From Octopus vulgaris (lineage: Eukaryota): DNA of 64,000 nt. The notes beneath the pieces are model-generated. The model was given only the letters and a program-made list of their open reading frames with translations, searched no databases and was not told the DNA's origin. Positions 53,376 through 64,000 of this stretch are shown here, piece by piece (position 1 is the first letter of the stretch; the number at the start of each line of letters is the position of its first letter). The stretch spans positions 25,420,001 to 25,484,000 of the forward strand of contig OX597828.1 of assembly GCA_951406725.2 (NCBI GenBank), read 5' to 3'. The translations under genes were made by a program, and so were the position numbers.

Positions 53376-53812
53376 TACGACAGGTTTCTCTCAGTTTCCG
53401 TCTACCAATTCCACTCACAAGGCATTGGTCGGCCCGGGGCTATAGCAGAAGACACTTGCCCAAGATGCCACGTTTCGATTTCTAATAAAGCTCTTACAAT
53501 TTTGCTGCAATTTTCAATTTCATATCTATGTGAATTGGGATTTTCCATTCTTTCTGGTATCAAGGACAAATAAACGAGGAACACTTACATGCATTGATGA
53601 AGAAATGCGAGTTTGTCTTTCAAACATGCGACAAAACATTGAAGAAATTACCAAGACACATCGAGCTAATGCTTCCCATAGACTCAAGAAAGAAGAATCT
53701 TAAGATATGAGTTATTTTCTGTTATGTAGCTTAGAAATTTGTATATGGTGCGCCCATAATTATTTGTAGGGGTTCAAGTGCGCTTTGACCTCAAACAAGT
53801 TCAAGACAACTG
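52606..53812 (+). mobile_element. Internally deleted hAT (Charlie/Buster-like) element interrupted by a SINE
   Basis: CAGTGG...CAACTG termini; 8-bp TSD ttctatat / ttctataa; WMRNPF...FWISAKDEY|...ALTILLQFSISYLCELGFS...EMRVCLS...ASH*. Confidence 0.88.
53057..53472 (-). mobile_element. SINE family D with internal (TA)n and (TAAAAGAG)n tail
   Basis: Collinear with 55605-56010; splits the hAT reading frame. Confidence 0.93.
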
Positions 53813-54152
53813 TTCTATAATATATTTGTTTTGTATGTATATGTCTGTGTATCTATGGATATATATGTAAAAATCTGTGTATATGTATATGCACATATGT
53901 GCATACATATGTATTTGTGTGTGTGTGTGTGTGTGTGTGATTATATGTCTATGTTTGTTTATGTATATGTGTATGGATATGCATATATGTATATAAAAAA
54001 GGAGGGGTATATATTGCGTGTATGTATACATATATGAGTGTATATATATGTACATATATCTATGTATGCGTATATGTGTGTATGTGCATGTATGTAAGTG
54101 CAAATGTATGCATGTGTATGTGTGTATGTATGTCTGTGCTTTTCAATTTATA

Positions 54153-54191
<39 letters not shown>

Positions 54192-54281
54192 GCGTATATA
54201 TCTATATGTAAAACTGTGTCTCTATATATATGTAGTTGTGTGGTATGTGTATATATGCGTATATGTATGTGAATGTATATA

Positions 54282-54334
<53 letters not shown>

Positions 54335-54562
54335 ATGTAAGTTTTGTCATCTTAATCTATATAATTATGTAGAATTTGAAAAATTACTTTTTTAGTAGAT
54401 TAATTCAGAATATTTTGAAGTTTTCTAGTACAAATACTTGTATTTACAGTAAAGTACATTATATTACTAATTTAATATTGATTACAAATTACTAATAAGA
54501 TATCTTCATTATACTAAATGATTATATTTATAAGTACATTAATTTAATTTATTAATTAATCG

Positions 54563-54635
<73 letters not shown>

Positions 54636-54637
<2 letters not shown>

Positions 54638-55235
54638 TGCGCCACTAGTCCAGAAAGAATATAAGAGACGCCATGACAATATAGCCAGGGTTGTCCGTTG
54701 GACACTTTGCAACAAGTATGGACTTGACAGAACAAAAAAATGGTACGACCACAAACCCGAAGGCATCCTCGAAAATGATAATGCAGAGATCCTATGGAAT
54801 TTTATGTTTCAGTGCGACCATGAGATAGAGAATAGGAAGTCGGACAGAAAGCAAACTATGCTGGATCATAGATATAGATATACCCATAGATATAGCATAC
54901 CCAGCTGCCAACAAGGTATGCAATAAGGAAGAAAGAAAAGTCGATAGGTATGACAGGTTAGCTTGGGAGGATAAGCAGTTGTGGTCGATGGAAGAGGTGG
55001 TTGTAGTACCAATAATTGTCGGAGTCCTGGGAACAGTGATTAAAAATCTTGAGAAGTACATGAAACAAATAGGGGTTGCAATAAAGGTGGAACACTTGCA
55101 GAAAACAGCTCTGCTTGGAACCGCTCGAATACTCCGGAAGGTGCTCGAAAAATAAGAGGTGTTACTTTAGTTCCCTGGCAGTGAACAGTTGTTACCGTAG
55201 TACATATCCAGCGTTAGAAGCTGTGCAAAGTCAAT
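54636..55235 (+). mobile_element. 5'-truncated R4/Dong-like element embedded in a (TAA)n array
   Basis: CAPLVQKEYKRRHDNIA...WYDHKPE...ILWNF...KVDRY...VPIIVGVLGTV...LQKTALLGTARILRKVLEK* (stop 55153-55155); (TAA)n at 54564-54635 and 55236-55435. Confidence 0.92.
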
Positions 55236-55252
55236 AAAAATAATAATAATAA

Positions 55253-55311
<59 letters not shown>

Positions 55312-55325
55312 TGATGATGATAATG

Positions 55326-55405
<80 letters not shown>

Positions 55406-55604
55406 AATAATGATAATGATAATAATAAATAAATAATTTTATTTGACTTACTAACCAAACTTAATAACCACAATAATAATTCTTATAGTACTGTATAATT
55501 TATAGCTTGCATTCTTATTGCAACTATCAAATTTCGTTACTTCTGAAAGAATTAATAAAATTCGGATTTATACTATTTGTAGCCCTTTATCTAAAAAATA
55601 GTAT

Positions 55605-55826
55605 TACTCTTTTACTCTTTTACTTATTTCAGTCATTTGACTGCGGCCATACTGGAGCACCGCCTCTAATCGAGCAACGCGATCCCCGGGACTTATTCTT
55701 TTGTAAGCCCAGTACTTATTCTATCGGTCTGTTTTGCCGAACCGCTAAGTAACGGAGACATAAACACACCAGCATCGGTTGTCAAGCAATGCTAGGGGGA
55801 CAAACACAGACATACAAACACACACA

Positions 55827-55904
<78 letters not shown>

Positions 55905-56010
55905 TACGACGGGCTTCTTTCGGTTTCCGTCTACCAAATCCACTCACAAGGCTTTGGTCGGCCCGAGGCTATAGTAGAAGACACTTGCCCAAGCTGCCAC
56001 GCAGTGGGAT
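55605..56010 (-). mobile_element. SINE family D with internal (TA)n
   Basis: Reverse complement of 56933-57328. Confidence 0.93.
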
Positions 56011-56718
56011 TGGTTATATTTATCGTGGATCAGTGCTCAATCTTTATGTTGATCTTACTTTAATTTATTTACAGAGCTCTCCCTTCCATAATATACGTAT
56101 ATAAGAACATTAATTTGTTAGTTACTGTGAATAATCCTCATTTAAGTCACTTCAAACTTAGTAATATTTTTCATATCCATTATTATAGCTTAACTCTATA
56201 TCTATGGGTTAATATAGGTTGTAGTTATTATAACCCTAAGTTTTTGTTCATATTTTTTTACGACATTCTCTCTCGGATAAATTACGTAAATAAACAGTAT
56301 TCATATTATATTCATATCAATAACTTTAAATAAGGAAGAGTTGTTATTTCCCAATATAATACTATATTATTATTTATAGTTATTACACGTTTTATTACCG
56401 TCTCTTGATTAAGTATGACCCTGATACTTAATTCATTTATATACTTATATATTGTTGTTGTATCGTATTAAAATAGCCAAAGATTGATTTCAGCCTAAAC
56501 GAATTTGGATTAATATTATTTGAGATATATAGAAAAATATTTCGATAGTTGTAGATTCTATTTACTTAATTATTTTGCCCGTTATCATTTAAAATATATA
56601 TATAATTGTTATGTAGTTGAAAAGTTACCGCTCACGCTCCTAAATATAGGTATATGAAATTAATTTTTTTGCAGTCTAGCCGTCCTGTCACATGGAATTT
56701 CTTCTGTCTTTTGAAGCA

Positions 56719-56801
56719 AAGCTCTGAAGAGACTTATATAAATGGATACGAATTGTTTGTAAAACAAGTAATATACATAAGTCGAAACAAATTGTTGGCT
56801 T
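56719..56801 (+). ncRNA. Minimal type-I hammerhead ribozyme motif
   Basis: Helix I AAGCT/GGCTT; CTGAAGA; helix II GACTTAT/ATAAGTC (7 bp); GAAA; helix III ACAA-A-TTGT; GTT site at 56794-56796. Confidence 0.85.
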
Positions 56802-56932
56802 GTTTAATTTTTTTAATAATTTATGTTATCTTGTATTATATTCATAGTATATTATGTTATATTATAATAGAAACAAATTATTAGAGTTAAAAAAAATTTG
56901 AATAGATAATTACTTAAAAAAAAATCTGTTTC

Positions 56933-57328
56933 GTGTGGTAAGTAGCTTGCTTACCAACCACATAGTTCCGAGTTCAGTCCCACTGCGTGGCACTTTGGGC
57001 AAGTGTTTTCTACTATTGTCTCGGGCCGACCAAAGCCTTGTAAGTGGATTTGGTAGGCGGAAACTGAAAGAAGCCCGTCGTATATATGTATATATATATA
57101 TATGTGTGTTTGTGTCTGTTTCTGTGTCTGTGTTTGCCCCCCCCCCCCCAACATCGCTTGACAACCGATGCTGGTGTGTTTACGTCCCCGTAACTTAGCG
57201 GTTCGGCAAAAGAGACCGATAGAATAAGTACTAGGCTTACAAAGAATAAGTCATGGGGTCGATTTGCTCGACTAAAGATGGTGCTCCAGCATGGCCGCAG
57301 TCAAATGACTGAAACAAGTAAAAGAGTA
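56933..57328 (+). mobile_element. SINE family D, near full length
   Basis: tRNA-like head, CORE-like tggcactttgggcaagt, short internal (TA)/(TG), tail ggtgctccagcatggccgcag...ctgaaacaagtaaaagagta. Confidence 0.93.
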
Positions 57329-57346
57329 TATATATACATATAAGAC

Positions 57347-57411
57347 GAATGACCACTAGGTGGACTCCTAATATGCATTTAGCATATTAGGAGTCCACCT
57401 AGTGGTCATTC
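57347..57411. repeat. Perfect 30-bp-stem hairpin with 5-nt loop
   Basis: gaatgaccactaggtggactcctaatatgc-attta-gcatattaggagtccacctagtggtcattc. Confidence 0.95.
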
Positions 57412-58329
57412 TTCTTACATGTATGTATGCATATATATATAAAATGAAGAAACACTTTTTAAAAAAGTAATTAGCTATTTAAATTCTTTTTGAACTCACA
57501 GAATATCACCAACATTTGCGGACGTAATTTCTGAAGAGTGTATATTTTGTGTACAATATGTATTTCGTGTGCGAGCGCTTTCGGTGTTTAACTTTTCAAA
57601 CACACATATTCCAGGTAAATTCCTAGGGAAGAAGTTGTTTTTAGTAATGGTGTTGAATATTACCGTTTTAATGTGGGATTTAGAATTCTTTTAACCTTTT
57701 TTTTTTTTTGCTTTTCGCAGTCGGTCATTTTTATCTTTGATTTTGTAAAAGATGATGGAGCACCATCTTTAGTCGAGCAAATCGACCCCATGACTTATTC
57801 TTTGTAAGCCTAGTACTTATTCTATCGGTCTCTTTTATATATACATATAAGAGGAATGACCACTAGGTGGACTCCTAATATGCATTTAGCATAGAGAGAG
57901 AAAGGAGGAAGGAGAGAGGGAAAGTGTGAGAAAGATAGAAAGGGAAAAGCTAGAGAGAGAAGGAGAAGGAGAGAAAGAGAGAATGGAGACAGAAAAAGTG
58001 GAAGAAAGATAGAAAGAGAAAAAGCTAGAGAGAGAGAGAAAGAGGAGGAACAGGTTTGGCTGCTATTTCTTGCATGTTAGGCGACTATGTAGAGGTCATC
58101 TCTGTAGTTGAAATTATGGTTGTTGTTGTTGCTGTGTTGTCCTAGGTCAGTCTTGATTCGCCGAACGTATTATCAAAGATCTTCCTGGTTTGGTCTCTCA
58201 CTATTCGATCCAAATGGTTTCTTTTACGCTAAAGACAACAGTGCGTGTTTCAGGGAGACTTGGTTGTTATTTCTAGCAGAGTGTGCAATAGGCTTGGGTC
58301 CACCTCAGGGTTTCGTAACTGCGATGTTC

Positions 58330-59520
<1,191 letters not shown>

Positions 59521-59834
59521 TTCTTCACATCACCACAGTCACCACCAATGAAATTGCAGCCCCACGAAAGAAATTTTATGAGTAAAAAACGCGAAACTGT
59601 GTGGTCAGAAGACCTTCACACCTTTCTGTCTTTAAAATATGGAACCAGTGGTTAATGCTCTCCTAAATACGCTATTCTTTTATTCCGTTACTAGTCTAGA
59701 TTTCTGTGAGTGCGCGCGCATGTGCGTGTGTGCGTGTGTGTGTGTGCGCGTGTATGTGTGCGTGTGTGCCTTTCTCACGTATTCCGGCCATTGAAGGAAA
59801 TGCTGGATGATCATACACTCGTTATTTTTGCAAC

Positions 59835-59936
59835 GGATTGCCCGGATTGGCCTCACCAGCCACCTCCAGTCTCATAGCAGCAATTCCACCAAATGATGTC
59901 AATGGTCATCTTCGAACCCGAAGGACGAACATTATC
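59835..59936 (+). mobile_element. RTE LINE 3' end with 11-bp TSD
   Basis: Same family as 21040-21131; TSD atttttgcaac at 59824-59834 and 59937-59947. Confidence 0.88.
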
Positions 59937-60218
59937 ATTTTTGCAACTGCTCTAAGAATTTCGGTGTGAAGCACATGGTTACGCCAGCAACGTCCTAAGG
60001 CACGGGCACACTAGGCAGTTGTCTGGGGGCCTCACGGATACAGGGGCTCCATTCTGATCCATGTATGTTGTGGCTTGCTGTCAATAAATAAATACTATAA
60101 GGGCCAGTGCGGTGACTTAGTTGGGGGGGAGGGGGCTAATAATGCTGCTAAGAAGGGTCTGTGTCACAGTAGATAATTCGCAGCATGCACTTGAGGCAAC
60201 TCAGGTATTCCCTATCAG

Positions 60219-60447
60219 GTGGCGAATTGGCAGAAACGTTAGCACGTCGGGCGAAATGCTTAGCGGTATTTCGTCTGCCATTACGTTCTGAGTTCAAATT
60301 CCGCCGAGGTCGACTTTGCCTTTCATCCTTTCAGGGTCGATTAAATAAGTACCAGTTACGCACTGGGGTCAATTTAATCGACTTAATCCCTTTGTCTGTC
60401 CTTGCTTGTCCTCTCTGTGTTTAGCCCCTTGTGGGTAGTAAAGAAAT
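60219..60447 (+). mobile_element. SINE family A with 16-bp TSD
   Basis: TSD aggtattccctatcag at 60203-60218 and 60448-60463. Confidence 0.95.
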
Positions 60448-60578
60448 AGGTATTCCCTATCAGCTAATACCCTGGATGAGTTTAAAGAAGTAAACTCCAG
60501 GATTAAGCCAAATGAAAGTTTTATCCTAAACTCTTACGTGCGTGCGTGCGTGTGTGTGTGTGTGTGTGTGTGTGTATG

Positions 60579-60628
<50 letters not shown>

Positions 60629-61059
60629 TGCGTGCGTATTTTTATTGAAACTGAAAGTGAAAGTGAGAATTCGTCTCTCAGAGTTTCTTCTGAAGATTGC
60701 AGTGGCGGGAAACCTAAGATGCGAAACAAACTCAGTTTCAGTTCCAATAAAATCTCATATCCTCTGCTACATTTATTGAGCATTTCTATCTCAATCCCCA
60801 GACAAAAACCAACGTATCGGTGTATATATAGATATGTATGTATATATCGTTGCTATTATGTTGAACTGTCATATGTCCAAATTTTGATAAATGCGGTGGT
60901 TTTTTCAATATTTATTTTTTGATTGCAAACTATCGTATCTCCAGTTGCTTCAGATGCCAAGATATCAAAAATTGTCACAGTGTACTACAATGGTTTTGCT
61001 ATTATCGTTTTCTGGAAAAACAACGTTTTGGACTTAGGACACTTTTTGCATAATATAAA

Positions 61060-61096
<37 letters not shown>

Positions 61097-61104
61097 TGTA
61101 TATG

Positions 61105-61643
61105 CAGTGGTTGGACAAAATAATGGAACCATGTAGCATCATAATTTTGAAATATCTATAAAACTGTCAAAAGCTTGTTTGTGTTTGTTTTTTGATTTAT
61201 TATTGGTGTTGCTTAATATGCTTTGCTAAAATTGCTGTTTCTTTTCAGATATCACCAGAAAAAGGTAATTAAAATTCATTAAAATTACAGGTTTGTCGGA
61301 CTTTCAAAGAGGTTAAATTGTTGGTATTCGTATGGCAGGCGCTAGCGTAACGAAAACAGCTGAAATGTTTGGTGCATCAAGAAGTACTGTCTCGAAAGTA
61401 ATGACAGACTTTGAGAAAGAAGAAAAAACGTCGAAACAAAACTCCGGAAGAAAACCAAAACTTTCAGATAGAGACCGCTGGATTTTTACGCGAATTATTA
61501 GAAAGAATCACAAAAGTACAGCTCCCAAAATTACTGCAGAGCTTAATGACCACACCGAGAACCCAGTTTCCACAAAAAACTGTTCGCCGGGGAGCTGCAC
61601 AAAGCTGGATTTCATGGGAGGGCTGCAATCAGAAAAACCACTA
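61105..61643 (+). mobile_element. 5' part of a Tc1-like element
   Basis: CAGTGG start; LSDFQRG*IVG..MAGASVTKTAEMFGASRSTVSKV...SGRKPKLSDRDR...TAPKITAELN...VSTKTVRRELHKAGFHGRAAIRKPL (one frameshift). Confidence 0.9.
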
Positions 61644-61894
61644 AATATATATATATATATATGCGCTCACACACACACGCACAGACATATCCACACAATC
61701 ATGTTTTGTTTATGAAATCTTTCGTTCCTTGTCAAATGCAATTTCTATTAATTTCTGGTAACATAAAAGCGCATGCGCTCTCTTACACACATCCTCTTAC
61801 AAAAACGCACATACACACACACGACAATAAATATATATCAATATCTATTCCTTTTTTCAATTATCTTCCATCGTTCTACCTTGTTACATAACTG

Positions 61895-61995
<101 letters not shown>

Positions 61996-62436
61996 AGAAA
62001 CACAACCAAACCAAATGCAAACACGAACAAAGCAGGGGGAAATACATCTCCCGAAGACATTTCAAAACCCAACGCAAACAACAGCCACACCAACACCACA
62101 AAAACATATACAGCAAACATGCTCACAGCCATAGACACCAAAAACACAAATTTAATGGAATACATCCAATCAAAAACAAACATAACAGAAGATGACATAA
62201 AAACAAACAATCACCCATACACAACACCACCAGACCACATCAAAATATTACACATCTCCAAAAGTCTGCACCACACACTCAAAGGCATTTTCCCCAGTGC
62301 GGTTGGTAAATGCCAAAAATATCTCACAAAGAAACTGTACTGGGATCTTCTCGAGGACAAACCAACGGAGGAGAAAGCAAAAACGGAGGAGAAAGCAGTA
62401 AGTAACCCTCTGTATTCTAATTCATTAGAACTATGA
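61996..62436 (+). CDS. C-terminal part of ORF1 of a 5'-truncated Tx1/L1-like LINE
   Basis: Frame open from the microsatellite junction (RNTTKPNAN...) to TGA at 62434-62436; lies directly upstream of ORF2. Confidence 0.7.
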   Translation, partial: RNTTKPNANTNKAGGNTSPEDISKPNANNSHTNTTKTYTANMLTAIDTKNTNLMEYIQSKTNITEDDIKTNNHPYTTPPDHIKILHISKSLHHTLKGIFPSAVGKCQKYLTKKLYWDLLEDKPTEEKAKTEEKAVSNPLYSNSLEL

Positions 62437-64000
62437 TCAAGATTGGTTGTGTAAATGCGCGTGGCTTGGGGTCCCCTTGGAAACAAGGGTACCTCTTAAA
62501 TGACATAAAGTCACATAAGTTAGAAATCATAGCCATAAGCGAGACCAGACTCCACAATCCGCGGGCCCTAAAGACCATGTTTGGCGGACAGTTCAACATT
62601 TATTTTTCCCCCTGTCTGCCGAGAATGGGCGGTAGTGGCACCGCGGTACTTTTTCACAAGAGTCTGGATCTCAAAGTAAGGACAATATTCGTAGACCCGG
62701 AGGGTAGACTGGTCGTCCTGGATGTCGACGGCAGCAATGGGTGCGCTTTTCGACTCGTATCAGTTTACGCACCGCCCTTAACAGGTCGGGCGGATTTCTT
62801 TCAACGTCTAGAAGTTTTCTTGGGAACGTCTCGTCCTTTACTCTTAGTGGGGGATTGGAATGCTACCTTGGACACGCATGTAGACTACGTGGGTAGAGAT
62901 AGGAATAGACGGGGATGCAAATGCCTCAGAGACCTGCTCAGACGCTTTCAACTGTCTGACAGGTTCCGACTAGACCACCCGAATGCGCCAACGTGGACAT
63001 GGAGCAACCGCATCGGGTCATCGAGATCGTATCTAGATAGGATACTGTGTAGGACAGTAGATAGAGATAGCATAGGATGTCCACAATTCCACATAGTCAG
63101 CTACACGGATCACAAACTTGTGACATGTACGCTAGACTTAGGTAAGACACTTAGGCAGGGTCCCGGATACTGGAAACTAAACGCGTCTTTCCCATCGAGA
63201 CAAGTTTTCAGAGACCGGATTAGCACACTAGTAAAGAGGGCTTTGACGGGAGCCATCATCAACAACAAATGGTGGTTTGCCCTCAAGAGAGCAGTAAAAG
63301 CAGAAGCGATTAGGTACAGCAAAGCACTAGCCATAGATAGAAATAGAGTAGAGGGTGAGCTAGTTAAGAAGCTAGAAGAGGCAATTAGAAGCGGCATCGC
63401 ATCCGACGTTTTGGCGGCGAGGTTGGCCCTCGACCAACACTTCAACGCCAAACACGAAGGATGTGCTGTCAGAGCTAGGATGCGTGCTCTAAGGAACGAA
63501 GGTGTTGGAGCCGCGAGAGAGGCCCGGGTGGCAGAGGCGCAACAGGGCAACAAAGCCACCATTCGGTCACTGGTAGATGAACAGGGGCGCGAATTGCTCG
63601 AGCCAAGTAAAATGTGTGAAGCCTTTCAGCAGCATTTTGCCCGACTGTTCGGAACGAGTGGAGGGCAAGAACGTAGGGTGGACTTCAGTGCCTACCTACA
63701 TAGCCTACCACGACTCTCGACAAGAAAGGCAGGGTGCTGCGAAGGTGCCATCACGGCGGCGGAAGTGCGGGAAGCGATGGCAGAATGCTCGAGGGACAAA
63801 TCACCGGGTTTGGATGGTCTACCCTACGAGCTTTACAATTGTATGCCAGACTTGTTTGGAGATCTCTTGGCGGCGGTGTACTGCAACTGGCAGCAAAACG
63901 GGAGCATTCCTGGTTTTGTGAGCCGAGGAGCCGTAACACTGCTGAAGAAAGATCTAAACAAGGGAAATGTAATAGATAACTTTAGGCCCATCACTCTGCT
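62433..64000 (+). CDS. Tx1/L1-clade ORF2 (APE endonuclease plus start of RT), uninterrupted and running off the window
   Basis: Manual translation of 522 codons with no stop: MIKIGCVNARGL...AISETR...VYAP...VGDWN...YLDRIL...YTDHK...GPGYWKLNAS...KSPGLDGLPYELY...VTLLKK...NFRPITL. Probably absent from the ORF track because no stop lies in the window. Confidence 0.95.
   Translation, partial: MIKIGCVNARGLGSPWKQGYLLNDIKSHKLEIIAISETRLHNPRALKTMFGGQFNIYFSPCLPRMGGSGTAVLFHKSLDLKVRTIFVDPEGRLVVLDVDGSNGCAFRLVSVYAPPLTGRADFFQRLEVFLGTSRPLLLVGDWNATLDTHVDYVGRDRNRRGCKCLRDLLRRFQLSDRFRLDHPNAPTWTWSNRIGSSRSYLDRILCRTVDRDSIGCPQFHIVSYTDHKLVTCTLDLGKTLRQGPGYWKLNASFPSRQVFRDRISTLVKRALTGAIINNKWWFALKRAVKAEAIRYSKALAIDRNRVEGELVKKLEEAIRSGIASDVLAARLALDQHFNAKHEGCAVRARMRALRNEGVGAAREARVAEAQQGNKATIRSLVDEQGRELLEPSKMCEAFQQHFARLFGTSGGQERRVDFSAYLHSLPRLSTRKAGCCEGAITAAEVREAMAECSRDKSPGLDGLPYELYNCMPDLFGDLLAAVYCNWQQNGSIPGFVSRGAVTLLKKDLNKGNVIDNFRPITL

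Noticed and set aside
57525-57570. CTGAAGA followed by a hairpin
   Set aside because: No GAAA or helix I; incomplete.
63110-63979. Short ORFs listed on both strands within the last 900 bp
   Set aside because: They are shadow frames of the Tx1-like ORF2.

Overview
This is eukaryotic, AT-rich, microsatellite-saturated DNA. The repeat content looks like an octopod cephalopod intron or intergenic region (inference from repeat types). No host protein-coding gene could be supported, and most ORFs in the supplied track are microsatellite translations. The window is a dense, nested mosaic of transposon remnants. Non-LTR elements include R4/Dong-like, Hero-like, RTE, CR1/L2-like and Tx1/L1-like LINEs, Penelope-like elements (PLEs) and four tRNA-head SINE families (labelled A-D here). 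DNA elements include mariner, Tc1, pogo/Tigger, hAT, a Helitron and MITEs. Four points stand out. (1) There are four full-core and one variant minimal type-I hammerhead ribozyme folds in PLE-type segments, two of them 850 nt apart and each enclosed by a long inverted repeat. (2) An uninterrupted Tx1-like ORF2 (62433 to window end, 522 codons) was missed by the ORF track; it overlaps the ORF1 stop as ATGA. (3) Microsatellites appear to be partitioned among retroelements: R4-like in (TAA)n, Tx1-like in (TATC)n, and PLE and one RTE family in (TA)n. (4) Three SINE/LINE shared 3' tails are visible within the window. Boundaries of decayed elements are approximate, read by eye.
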